From positions 8,361 to 72,360 of the forward strand of contig CAZNPA010000006.1 of NCBI GenBank assembly GCA_964575095.1: a DNA stretch of 64,000 nt, in the 5' to 3' direction. The DNA is from an uncultured Rickettsiales bacterium (GTDB lineage Bacteria; Pseudomonadota; Alphaproteobacteria; Rickettsiales; SXRF01). The notes beneath the pieces are model-generated. The model saw only the letters and a program-made list of their open reading frames with translations. It did not search any database and had not been told where the DNA came from. Positions 1 through 8,903 of this stretch are shown here, piece after piece; position 1 is the stretch's first letter; each line of letters opens with the position of its first letter. The translations under genes were made by a program, and so were the position numbers.

Positions 1-378
1 GAGGCTCGATGCGGGCACTATTTGGAAATCATCGCGCACGAAATTGGATTTGAGTTTCTTGGCGTTGATGTCTTTACGGAGCGCACGCAGCGATTCCGCC
101 TGCGCCTTGCCGCGGCCTTCGGCGATGCTTTCGGCGAAGTTGGCAAAGAGCACCGTGATCCACAGCCAGAGCGAAATCCACAGCGTGAACCACGCCGGTT
201 CGCTGCCCAGCCGCTGGCCGGTTTGCATTTCATACAGGGAGAATGCCGTCGTCAGCAGCGCGCCGACATAGACGACGAACATCACCGGGTTTCGCATCTG
301 GTTTTTCGGGCCGAGCTTGCCGAAAGCGCCGATGATGGCCGTCAGGTATTGGATGGAAGGAGATTGTGCCGGCGACAT
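1..378 (-). CDS. kdpB: K+-transporting P-type ATPase subunit B, N-terminal 126 codons (continues beyond window start)
   Basis: Own minus-strand translation from ATG at 378: MSPAQSPSIQYLTAIIGAFGKLGPKNQMRNPVMFVVYVGALLTT...WITVLFANFAESIAEGRGKAQAESLR, a typical KdpB N-terminus. It starts 1 nt after the kdpA stop. It is missing from the ORF track because it has no stop in the window. Confidence 0.85.
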   Translation of the reverse strand, partial: MSPAQSPSIQYLTAIIGAFGKLGPKNQMRNPVMFVVYVGALLTTAFSLYEMQTGQRLGSEPAWFTLWISLWLWITVLFANFAESIAEGRGKAQAESLRALRKDINAKKLKSNFVRDDFQIVPASSL

Positions 379-379
379 A

Positions 380-2083
380 TTATTTGCCCCCGATATGCAT
401 AAGGTGCATATGCTCGGCGATGGGGCCGAGCGCCAGGGCGGGAATGAATGTCAGCACGCCGACGAGCACGATCACGCCAACGAGCATGGAGGTGAAAAGC
501 GGCGTATAGGTGGGTAATGTGCCCGCCGACATCGGCACCGTTTTTTTGGCTGCCAGCGATCCGGCGATGGCCAGCACGGCGATGATCACGCAAAAACGCC
601 CCATGAACATGGCCAGCCCGAGCGCAAGGTTATAAAATGGCGTGTTGGCGGAAAGCCCGGCAAAAGCGCTGCCGTTATTGTTGGTGGCGGAGGAAAACGC
701 GTAGAGTATTTCGGAAAATCCCTGCGCGCCGTCGTTGAGCAATCCCGCCCTACCGGCAACGGTCGCCACCGCCAGCGCCGCGCCCGCCAGCACCGCAATC
801 GCCGGAACCAGCACCGCTATCGACGCCATCTTGATTTCAAACGCGCCCAGTTTCTTTCCCAGATATTCCGGCGTGCGCCCGACCATGAGGCCGCCGATGA
901 ATACGGTGAACAGCACGAATACCAGCATGCCATACATGCCGCAGCCGACGCCGCCGAACACGATTTCGCCGAACTGCATGAGCAGCATCGGCACGAGCCC
1001 GCCGAGCGGCGTGAACGAATCATGCATGGCGTTGACCGAACCGTTGGAGGTCGCCGTCGTAGACACCGCCCATAGGGCAGAGGCGGCGGCGCCGAAGCGC
1101 ACTTCCTTGCCTTCCATATTTCCCGCCGACTGATCGATGGCGGCGCTGAATTTCGGGTTGGGCGATTGCTCGCTGGCGACGGCCATGGCCAGAAGCGGCA
1201 GGAAAATAATCGCCATCGCCGCCAGCACGCTCCAGCCCTGCCTGCGGTCGCCCACCATTTTACCGAAAGTGTAGGTAAACGCGGCCGGTATCAGCAGGAT
1301 GGCTATGATCTGGAATAGGTTGCTGAGCGGCGTTGAATTCTCGAATGGATGTGCGCCGTTGGTGTTGAAGAATCCGCCGCCGTTGCTGCCCAGCATTTTG
1401 ATCGCGATCTGCGACGCCACCGGACCTTGCGCGATCAGCCCTTCCGCGTTGCCTTCGAGCGGGGTATAGGAAGTGTAGGCGCTGAGATTCTGGATCAGCC
1501 CCTGCGATACCAAAAATAACGCGAATACGAACGACAGCGGCAGCAGGATATACAGCAGGCTGCGCGTCATATCGACCCAGAAATTGCCGATGGTGGCAGA
1601 TTCCTTGCGCGCCAGCGCGCGGAACAGCGCCACCGCTACCGCCATGCCGGTTGCCGCCGACAGGAAATTCTGCACGGCGCAGCCGACGGCTTGCGAGAAA
1701 TAACTCAAAGTGGATTCGCCGCCGTAGCTTTGCCAGTTGGTGTTGGTGACGAAACTGATGGCGGCGTTGAAAGCAAGGTCGGGCGCGAGGCCGGCGAAAG
1801 CCTGCGGGTTCAGCGGCAGGTTGGCCTGAAAACTAAAAATCAAGAACAACAGCGTGAATCCCGCCGCGCTGAAAATGAGAACGGCAGCGACGTAGCCGCG
1901 CCAGCCCATTTCCTGTTTTGGATCGATGCCGCATACGGAATAAATGGATTGCTCCAGCCAGCCGAAAGCGCGGTAAAGGCTGGTCTGGCGGCCGCTATAG
2001 ACCGCCGCCATGTAACTTCCCAGCGGCCTGATGCATGCGCCAACGATCGCCAGACAGACTACGATATAAAGGATGGATATCAT
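380..2083 (-). CDS. kdpA: K+-transporting ATPase subunit A
   Basis: 567-aa polytopic protein with a KdpA-like N-terminus (GSYMAAVYSG..., NTNWQSYGGE, NGGGFFNTN selectivity-filter-like motifs). Flanked by kdpF and kdpB. Confidence 0.95.
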   Translation of the reverse strand: MISILYIVVCLAIVGACIRPLGSYMAAVYSGRQTSLYRAFGWLEQSIYSVCGIDPKQEMGWRGYVAAVLIFSAAGFTLLFLIFSFQANLPLNPQAFAGLAPDLAFNAAISFVTNTNWQSYGGESTLSYFSQAVGCAVQNFLSAATGMAVAVALFRALARKESATIGNFWVDMTRSLLYILLPLSFVFALFLVSQGLIQNLSAYTSYTPLEGNAEGLIAQGPVASQIAIKMLGSNGGGFFNTNGAHPFENSTPLSNLFQIIAILLIPAAFTYTFGKMVGDRRQGWSVLAAMAIIFLPLLAMAVASEQSPNPKFSAAIDQSAGNMEGKEVRFGAAASALWAVSTTATSNGSVNAMHDSFTPLGGLVPMLLMQFGEIVFGGVGCGMYGMLVFVLFTVFIGGLMVGRTPEYLGKKLGAFEIKMASIAVLVPAIAVLAGAALAVATVAGRAGLLNDGAQGFSEILYAFSSATNNNGSAFAGLSANTPFYNLALGLAMFMGRFCVIIAVLAIAGSLAAKKTVPMSAGTLPTYTPLFTSMLVGVIVLVGVLTFIPALALGPIAEHMHLMHIGGK

Positions 2084-2092
2084 GAGTTGGTG

Positions 2093-2179
2093 TTATGGAA
2101 ACAGTTCAGGCTTAAGCAATGCGGCAAGGAGATAGATGAACAGAAAAAGGGCAACGACACCGACAACCGCGTAGAGCAT
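2093..2179 (-). CDS. kdpF: K+-transporting ATPase subunit F (28 aa)
   Basis: Own translation: MLYAVVGVVALFLFIYLLAALLKPELFP. One TM helix with the KdpF-type C-terminal KPExF motif. It ends 9 nt before the kdpA start. Not in the ORF track because it is too short. Confidence 0.7.
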   Translation of the reverse strand: MLYAVVGVVALFLFIYLLAALLKPELFP

Positions 2180-2183
2180 ATTT

Positions 2184-2276
2184 TTATTCTTCTTTCAGGG
2201 AATGGCAGAGCCACAGCATCCCTCCAGCGAGGAGGAACAATGCCCAGCCGATCGCGATGTAAGTGGCCGTAGACAT
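2184..2276 (-). CDS. Possible second 30-aa single-TM micropeptide ahead of kdpF
   Basis: Own translation: MSTATYIAIGWALFLLAGGMLWLCHSLKEE. Its stop lies 4 nt before the kdpF start. No recognised family; coding status unproven. Confidence 0.3.
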   Translation of the reverse strand: MSTATYIAIGWALFLLAGGMLWLCHSLKEE

Positions 2277-2363
2277 AATTTCGCGTGCAATATAAGACGA
2301 TGCGCCGCCAAGTCAATACATACCGGTAAGAGGTTATGCTCCCAAGATAAAGAGGCTGGGAAA

Positions 2364-2439
2364 TGGTGATCCGGGCGGGAATCGAACCCACGACAACCTG
2401 ATTAAAAGTCAGGTGCTCTACCGACTGAGCTACCGGATC
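2364..2439 (-). tRNA. tRNA-Lys (anticodon UUU)
   Basis: Minus strand GATCCGGTAGCTCAGTCGGTAGAGCACCTGACTTTTAATCAGGTTGTCGTGGGTTCGATTCCCGCCCGGATCACCA. It folds as a cloverleaf with a 7-bp acceptor stem, anticodon loop CTTTTAA, a GGTTCGATTCC T-arm and an encoded CCA. Confidence 0.9.
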
Positions 2440-2525
2440 ATAGTGCTTAAGTAAGAACTCTCTTTACAGAAAAGAGATTGGGACAATATGATTTTCGGAG
2501 CTTTTGTCAACCGTTTAGGAAAAAA

Positions 2526-2852
2526 TCAGCGTTTCTTCCAGCTACCGTCATTATCCTGATACATGGCGCCTGAGGGAAGTTTGCCAATAATCTGGGCAGC
2601 AGCCAGTTTGGCCACTATATCGACCGGCTGGCCGTTTTGCTTCGAAATACGGGTGTATTCCGTTTTGCGCTTCGCATTGACATCGGATATGAGATTGCCT
2701 ACTTCCGGCGAATTCTGGATGGCCCCTATATAGCCATCTTGCTTCTCGCCCACCGCCCCGGAGGCGCGGGCCGTATGCAGTTCAAGCGCCATGGCCGGAC
2801 AGGCCGACAATACTATACCCATAGCCAGAAAAGATAGGAACGTCGTTTTCAT
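2526..2852 (-). CDS. ydbL: YdbL-like periplasmic protein (DUF1318 family)
   Basis: 108 aa with a signal peptide. The ELHTARASGAVGEKQDGYIG...NAKRKTEY pattern is typical of YdbL. It is the last gene of a ydbH-ynbE-ydbL arrangement. Confidence 0.8.
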   Translation of the reverse strand: MKTTFLSFLAMGIVLSACPAMALELHTARASGAVGEKQDGYIGAIQNSPEVGNLISDVNAKRKTEYTRISKQNGQPVDIVAKLAAAQIIGKLPSGAMYQDNDGSWKKR

Positions 2853-2864
2853 ATATGCCCCGTG

Positions 2865-3050
2865 TTAGAAAATATCCTTGTTTTTTGCAATCGCCTGCTT
2901 GACGTCTTTCTCGATTTCTATTTTTACATGCTGTTCGATATTGACGTTCAGGTTGATTTCGATGGGCTTGTCGGGCGCCTGCAGCTGCACGGTAGGATTA
3001 CAGGCCATAAGCAAAATTATTGGCGCCGGAACAAAGTTATTTTTTAACAT
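2865..3050 (-). CDS. ynbE: YnbE-family small lipoprotein
   Basis: 61 aa with lipobox LLMAC and the repetitive beta-strand core IEINLNVNIEQHVKIEIEKD typical of YnbE. Located between the ydbH-like and ydbL-like genes. Confidence 0.8.
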   Translation of the reverse strand: MLKNNFVPAPIILLMACNPTVQLQAPDKPIEINLNVNIEQHVKIEIEKDVKQAIAKNKDIF

Positions 3051-4158
3051 TCTTATCCTGCTTCCACAGTTGTTTCTGGTCGATCAGCGGCACGATACCC
3101 TGTTGCAATAGATTTAGCAAATCGCCATTCAGGCGTACGTTCAATTTGACTTCCCGCCCATTATATGCATCGGGATTATTACCTAACAATGACAGCAGGA
3201 TGGATAGTTTTTTATCTTTGCCGCTATCGATCGCCATCGAAAACTGGCGGTAATGAAAATTCTTCAGCACCTCGCGCACCAGCTCAACCTGCGGGTTATC
3301 GCCCGGAATGGCGTCAGCCGCCAGTTTGATTGTCCCTGACTCCTCGGCTTTGAGGCTGCCGGCATCGAACATCACGTTACCATTGGCATCGATAACCACC
3401 GGCACCGTGCCGGAGAGAGCGCCGGTCGCCGTTGCGCGCTTATCGGTCAACAACTGCATCAAGGCATCCAGCGATACATGCTTTACCTCCAGTGTCATGT
3501 GCGAAGCCCGTTTGGCCGCAAGCGAGAAACCGGCATTGCGCGTGGAAAGCATCCCCCCGTTCCACGGCAGGGAGGCAGACTCAATCGTGATCATAGACCG
3601 TACGGAATCATCCAAGAAATAATGGAGGTTGAAAGACGCGTTATGGCTGCTATCGGCGCTTTTGAACCGTCCTTGTGCGGCAACAACATTACCCTTCACT
3701 CCCCAGGTACCGGTTCCCGTCAGCAGCGGGAGCAACAACGGCGTATGTTGAGTTTCCACTTCATCAATATTCCATTCGCCTTGCCATGTGTTTCCCTCGA
3801 CCGCAGGCAGAAAATGTACGCCAATTTTCCGGAGGCGTATTTTTATATCGTGCGTTTCCAGCTTGATCTCACCCACGCGCAGATCCCGCAATTGGCCTTG
3901 CAACAATCCCGACAGAAAATAATCCAGCGTAAGCTCGCTGACCCTAAGCGAAACGTCAGGCCCGAAGGAGATATCCTTGAAAGTGATGCCTTCGAAACCA
4001 AGACTGGATACGGAAAACTGGATATTATCCAGGCCACGCGCCGACAGTTCGGTTTTTATCCTGCTTTCAATCCACTGTTTCCATGGAGCAAGCAGCGCCG
4101 CAACCGCAAGCAGCGCCACTACTGAAAGCAAGATAAATGCGATGTTACGTTTTTTCAT
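3037..4158 (-). CDS. ydbH: YdbH-like (AsmA-like superfamily) protein, short form
   Basis: 373 aa with an N-terminal TM anchor and a beta-rich repetitive body. Its position upstream of ynbE-ydbL matches the E. coli ydbH-ynbE-ydbL operon. Confidence 0.6.
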   Translation of the reverse strand: MKKRNIAFILLSVVALLAVAALLAPWKQWIESRIKTELSARGLDNIQFSVSSLGFEGITFKDISFGPDVSLRVSELTLDYFLSGLLQGQLRDLRVGEIKLETHDIKIRLRKIGVHFLPAVEGNTWQGEWNIDEVETQHTPLLLPLLTGTGTWGVKGNVVAAQGRFKSADSSHNASFNLHYFLDDSVRSMITIESASLPWNGGMLSTRNAGFSLAAKRASHMTLEVKHVSLDALMQLLTDKRATATGALSGTVPVVIDANGNVMFDAGSLKAEESGTIKLAADAIPGDNPQVELVREVLKNFHYRQFSMAIDSGKDKKLSILLSLLGNNPDAYNGREVKLNVRLNGDLLNLLQQGIVPLIDQKQLWKQDKNVKK

Positions 4159-5260
4159 GGCGCCGGTATCTTACCAGGAAACGCTCTAAAAACGCGGTTA
4201 GTTTTCTTTCCATAATCGCCGCGCGTATGTCGGTCATCAGCCGCTGGTAAAACGTGAGGTTATGCCAGGTGAGCAGCATCGGCCCCAGCATTTCGTCGGC
4301 CTTGAATAAATGATGCAGGTAGGCGCGGCTGTAATGTGTACACGTTGGGCACGGGCAGCCTTCTTCCATCGGTTTGGGATCCTCGGCGAATTTGGCGTTC
4401 AGGATATTCTTCTCACCCTCATGCGTGTAGGCGCGCGCATTGCGGCCGGAGCGCGTCGGGATCACGCAATCGAACATATCGACGCCGCGCAGCACCGCGC
4501 CGATGATGTCGTCCGGCTTACCGACGCCCATCAAATATCTCGGCTTATCCTGCGGCAGGTGCGGCATAGTGACGTCCAACGTATCGAACATAATCTGCTG
4601 CCCCTCGCCCACTGCCAGCCCGCCGATCGCGTAACCATCAAATCCAATCTGTTTAAGCGCCTCCGCCGATTCCTCGCGCAATGTGGGATAGACGCCGCCC
4701 TGCACGATGCCGAATACGCTATACCCTTCGCGCGCAACAAACGCTTTCTTGCTTCGCTCCGCCCAGCGCATCGAAAGCCGCATCGACGTGGCCGCTTCTT
4801 CTTCCGTCGCCGGAAAGGGCGTGCACTCATCGAGCACCATCGAGATATCGCTGCCCAGTAGATGTTGTATTTCCATCGCGCGTTCGGGCGTCAGTTCATA
4901 CGTCGTGCCGTCCAGATGCGACTGGAACGTCACCGCTTTTTCGGTAATTTCTCGCAGCTTGGAAAGCGACATCACCTGGAACCCGCCGCTGTCCGTCAGT
5001 ATCGGCCCACTCCAGTTCATAAATTTGTGCAAGCCGCCGAGCTTGGCAATGCGCTCGGCCGAAGGTCTCAGCATCAAATGATAGGTATTTCCCAAAATAA
5101 TATCGGCGCCGGTTTCTTTGACCGCTTCCGGCGTCATGGCTTTCACCGTCGCCGCCGTCCCCACCGGCATGAATGCCGGCGTGCGTATATCGCCATGGGC
5201 GGTGTGTAATATCCCCGCGCGCGCGTTGCCGTCTTTAGCCGAAATATCGAATGTTTTCAT
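4145..5260 (-). CDS. tgt: tRNA-guanine(34) transglycosylase
   Basis: 371 aa with [32 protein letters not shown] and the zinc motif [17 protein letters not shown]. Confidence 0.96.
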   Translation of the reverse strand: MKTFDISAKDGNARAGILHTAHGDIRTPAFMPVGTAATVKAMTPEAVKETGADIILGNTYHLMLRPSAERIAKLGGLHKFMNWSGPILTDSGGFQVMSLSKLREITEKAVTFQSHLDGTTYELTPERAMEIQHLLGSDISMVLDECTPFPATEEEAATSMRLSMRWAERSKKAFVAREGYSVFGIVQGGVYPTLREESAEALKQIGFDGYAIGGLAVGEGQQIMFDTLDVTMPHLPQDKPRYLMGVGKPDDIIGAVLRGVDMFDCVIPTRSGRNARAYTHEGEKNILNAKFAEDPKPMEEGCPCPTCTHYSRAYLHHLFKADEMLGPMLLTWHNLTFYQRLMTDIRAAIMERKLTAFLERFLVRYRRHEKT

Positions 5261-6273
5261 GATTCGTTCTTATACAATAAACACGCATCGCCATACGAAT
5301 AAAATCGGTATTTTCTGGCGATGGCGTGGGCATAGGCGGCCTTCATCGTGTCGGTTCCGGCGAACGCGCAGACCAGCATGAATAGCGTCGAGCATGGCAG
5401 GTGGAAGTTGGTAAGCAGCATATCGACGGCTTTAAACGTATACCCCGGCGTGATAAAAATATCGGTTTCGCCGGAGAACGGCTGCACAACGCCCTTTTCA
5501 TCCGCCGCTGATTCCAGCGTGCGCAGGCTGGTGGTTCCCACCACAATCACCCGCTTTGCCGCATTGATAACGGCCGCTGCATCCGCCGTAATCTCCGCCC
5601 ATTCGCTGTGCATCACATGGTCTTTGGTATCTTCGACTTTCACCGGCAAAAATGTTCCACCGCCGACATGCAGCGTGACATTCACCCGCTTCACGCCCGC
5701 CGCATCGATGGCTTTCAGCAAACTCTCGGTGAAATGCAACCCCGCCGTCGGCGCTGCCACCGAGCCTTCGTGTTTGGCATAGACGGTTTGGTAATGCGCT
5801 TTATCGCTATCGTCGGCGTGGCGTTTCTTCTCGATATACGGCGGCAGCGGCATGTGGCCGTGACGTTCTAATTCCTTGCGCAAATCCGATGTATAAAACT
5901 CCAGCACCACCTGGCCATCGGAGAATTTATCTTTCACCGTTGCGTAAAAATTCTCGGCGAATTCGATGCGATCGCCGGGTTTCAGTTTCTTCCCCGGCTT
6001 GGCGAAACATTGCCAGCCTTTACTGCCGCACTGCTTATGCAAGAGCACCTCAACGCTGGCGGCGTTTCTGCGGCCATAGAGCCGCGCCGGTATGACGCGC
6101 GTATCATTGAACACCATGACATCGCCTGGCTTAAAAAAAGAAAGCAAATCGTGGATCGATTTATCTTGAAGAGGGTTCCCAATCACCAACATCTTGGCGC
6201 TGTCACGCGGGCTGGCCGGCCTGTCCGCGATTAAGGATTCAGGAAGATCAAAATCAAAAAAACTGGTTTTCAA
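5257..6273 (-). CDS. queA: S-adenosylmethionine:tRNA ribosyltransferase-isomerase
   Basis: 338 aa with [28 protein letters not shown] and [10 protein letters not shown]. Overlaps the tgt start by 4 nt. Confidence 0.96.
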   Translation of the reverse strand: MKTSFFDFDLPESLIADRPASPRDSAKMLVIGNPLQDKSIHDLLSFFKPGDVMVFNDTRVIPARLYGRRNAASVEVLLHKQCGSKGWQCFAKPGKKLKPGDRIEFAENFYATVKDKFSDGQVVLEFYTSDLRKELERHGHMPLPPYIEKKRHADDSDKAHYQTVYAKHEGSVAAPTAGLHFTESLLKAIDAAGVKRVNVTLHVGGGTFLPVKVEDTKDHVMHSEWAEITADAAAVINAAKRVIVVGTTSLRTLESAADEKGVVQPFSGETDIFITPGYTFKAVDMLLTNFHLPCSTLFMLVCAFAGTDTMKAAYAHAIARKYRFYSYGDACLLYKNES

Positions 6274-6279
6274 TGCCGT

Positions 6280-6810
6280 CTATTTTTTATCCGCATCAGC
6301 GGCAACTTGCATCTTCACAATTTTGTCAGGATTAGAGGGCGGCTCGCCACGTTTAATTTTATCGACGAATTCCATGCCGGAGGTCACCCGGCCCCACACC
6401 GTATATTGGTTATCGAGGAACTTGGAATCCTTGAACACGATGAAGAACTGGCTGTCGGCGGAATCGGGGCTTTGGGCGCGTGCCATCGAGAGAATGCCGC
6501 GCACGTGCGGCTCCTTGCTGAACTCGGCCTTGAGCTTTTGGCCGGAGCCGCTGGTGCCGGTGCCGGTGGGATCGCCCGTCTGCGCCATGAAGCCGTCGAT
6601 GACGCGGTGGAAGACGAGGCCGTCATAGAACCCCTTGCGCACGAGTTCCTTGATGCGGCGGACATGGTTGGGCGCGAGGTCGGGCAGCAGTTCGATGACG
6701 ACGCGGCCGTCCTTTAAATCAAGATACAACGTGTTTTCGGGATCGGCGGCGGCAGCGGCGGACGTGCCAAAAAGAAAAGCAAAAAGGGCGATGAATCTAC
6801 GAAATTTCAT
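6280..6810 (-). CDS. ppiB: Periplasmic cyclophilin-type peptidyl-prolyl isomerase
   Basis: Contains FHRVIDGFMAQTGDPTGTGTSG and SMARAQSPDSADSQFFI. I chose the start at MKFRRFIALFAF because an AGGAG lies upstream; the longer track ORF (to 6855) overlaps bfr. Confidence 0.9.
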   Translation of the reverse strand: MKFRRFIALFAFLFGTSAAAAADPENTLYLDLKDGRVVIELLPDLAPNHVRRIKELVRKGFYDGLVFHRVIDGFMAQTGDPTGTGTSGSGQKLKAEFSKEPHVRGILSMARAQSPDSADSQFFIVFKDSKFLDNQYTVWGRVTSGMEFVDKIKRGEPPSNPDKIVKMQVAADADKK

Positions 6811-6832
6811 AACTACTCCTGATTTAAGCGAT

Positions 6833-7270
6833 TTAAGCTGCGTGAGGCTCGGCATCTATTTTCCGGCGGAGATAAACAATGTGTTCTTCGATATTGGCAA
6901 GAATCCTGCCAAGGAGTTGCGCGCTGGCGCCATCGCTATGCCGCTCGCAGGTCTCGATGGCCGTTTTCAATTGGCGGGCGGTGATTTCCTTGAGCTGCAA
7001 GTCATAGGCGACCATGTTGGGATAGGTATCGCCGACCAGAAGCTGGCCCAGCTCCTGCAAATTGGGCAGGCCGCCGACCGACAAGATATGCTCGACCAGC
7101 ATGTCGGAGTGCTTCATGGCGTCGATCGATTCTTTATACTCGGTATCGGCGGATTGGACGTGCCCCTGGTGTTTCAGCATGCGCGCGTGCAGGAAGCACT
7201 GGTTGATGCAGGTCAACTGGTTCTTGAGCGCATCGTTGAGACAGGACAGGATATCGGGGTCAGCGGCCAT
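6833..7270 (-). CDS. bfr: Bacterioferritin-family subunit, haem ligand kept, ferroxidase ligands degenerate
   Basis: 145 aa that aligns without gaps to E. coli Bfr (INQxFLHARM, ESIDxMKH, GLPNLQ). Met52, His54 and His130 are retained; Glu18, Glu51, Glu94 and Glu127 are replaced by Q, A, K and I. Confidence 0.85.
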   Translation of the reverse strand: MAADPDILSCLNDALKNQLTCINQCFLHARMLKHQGHVQSADTEYKESIDAMKHSDMLVEHILSVGGLPNLQELGQLLVGDTYPNMVAYDLQLKEITARQLKTAIETCERHSDGASAQLLGRILANIEEHIVYLRRKIDAEPHAA

Positions 7271-7320
7271 ACATACAGTCGTTCATGTACCATGGTTATT
7301 GCAGGAGCAGATGATAAAAG

Positions 7321-7755
7321 TCAAGCCGTAGCGAAAATGCGCGTCTCGTCCTGGAACGCCTTGAATTCCAGCGCATTGCCGCTGGGGTCGAGGAAGAACA
7401 TCGTCGCCTGTTCGCCGATGTGGCCGCGAAAGCGCGTATGCGGCTCGATGATGAAGCGGATCTTCTGCTGTTTCAGTTTTTCCGCCAGCGCGTGCCAGGC
7501 GTCCCACGCCAATATGGCGCCGAAATGCCGGACCGGCACGTCCTTGCCGTCGACCGGGTTGCTTTGGGCAAGCGCCGCCTCGCCGGGCGCCAGATGCGCG
7601 GATATCTGGTGGCCGAAGAAATCGAAATCGACCCAGGCGTCGGTGGCGCGGCCTTCGGCGCAGCCCAGCACGCCCGTATAAAAAGCGCGGGTTTCGTCCA
7701 GGTCTTTCACCGGAATGGCGAGATGGAAGCGTGGATACTCTGTTTTTGGTTGCAT
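7321..7755 (-). CDS. VOC (glyoxalase/bleomycin-resistance/dioxygenase) family protein
   Basis: 144 aa with FHLAIPVKDLDETRAFYTGVLGC and an overall VOC-fold pattern. Confidence 0.7.
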   Translation of the reverse strand: MQPKTEYPRFHLAIPVKDLDETRAFYTGVLGCAEGRATDAWVDFDFFGHQISAHLAPGEAALAQSNPVDGKDVPVRHFGAILAWDAWHALAEKLKQQKIRFIIEPHTRFRGHIGEQATMFFLDPSGNALEFKAFQDETRIFATA

Positions 7756-7780
7756 TCGTTTACGAGGCAGCTAGTTTTAA

Positions 7781-8122
<342 letters not shown>

Positions 8123-8124
8123 TA

Positions 8125-8772
8125 ATGAAACCATACACCATCAACATTCCCACTATCAAAGAATTGGTAGCCATTCACGATCAGGAGATGGCAACGCCGG
8201 AAGGCCGCAAACGTCTTAATAAGTCTGACCGATATTCCCAATTAGAATATGCTTTAAACACCGAAGGCGCGCCAGCGGCGGATAAACTCATGAGAAAATG
8301 GGGATGGAACGGCAGCACCTCTCCTTATGGCAAGGAAGACTATTTATTAATCTATGATGCCTGTCATAATAACGGCGAATCCCTGAAATACATCAAATTA
8401 TACGATTATTTGACCGCATACGATCCCGATTGTGTATTTTCTAAATCCAACGGCGGAAACATGCTGCATGCTTGGGCATTTTATGGCCACCATATCTCGG
8501 TTCTTGCGGATTTACTGGAGAGGGGTGTCGATCCACTGGAAAAAAACAGTGCCGGAAAAACACCGTTGGAGGTGTACAGAAGCGCACAGAACAGCCGTTA
8601 TAGCCACCAGTTTCCCAGTCCGACCAGCCATCCGGCATTACGCGATATAGAGGACCAAATCGTCGAAGATTTATTTGAGAAGGCAATCGCTGTAAAACAA
8701 GGAACTCCGGAAACGGGTCCCGGCTCAAAAGCATTGGCGCAATCACGCCATAGAGAAGGCAAAACAATTTAG
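8125..8772 (+). CDS. Ankyrin-repeat-containing protein
   Basis: 215 aa. GGNMLHAWAFYGHHISVLADLLERGVDPLEKNSAGKTPLEVY fits the ANK consensus. The region is visibly AT-richer than its flanks. The ATG lies 2 nt after the glnB stop. Confidence 0.6.
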   Translation: MKPYTINIPTIKELVAIHDQEMATPEGRKRLNKSDRYSQLEYALNTEGAPAADKLMRKWGWNGSTSPYGKEDYLLIYDACHNNGESLKYIKLYDYLTAYDPDCVFSKSNGGNMLHAWAFYGHHISVLADLLERGVDPLEKNSAGKTPLEVYRSAQNSRYSHQFPSPTSHPALRDIEDQIVEDLFEKAIAVKQGTPETGPGSKALAQSRHREGKTI

Positions 8773-8903
8773 CTATTTACATTCCGGTTTTATTTTTCTA
8801 TAACACCCGCGACTTCAAAAAATAAAAAAATTCCTTGCAGAACATTCCTTTCGTGAAACCGTCGGTATAACCGCGGCGCTGTCGCATATTTGAAAGGAAG
8901 CCC

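Noticed and set aside
2080-2391. 103-aa minus-strand ORF spanning the kdp leader.
   Set aside because: It overlaps the tRNA-Lys gene and the kdpF reading frame. No SD or motif supports it. The kdpF micropeptide explains the region better.
8773-8903. Searched for a sigma-54 (TGGCAC-N5-TTGCA) promoter or NtrC sites upstream of glnA.
   Set aside because: No GG-N10-GC element with correct spacing was found by eye. GGCGCTGTCGCATA has the wrong spacing. No call made.
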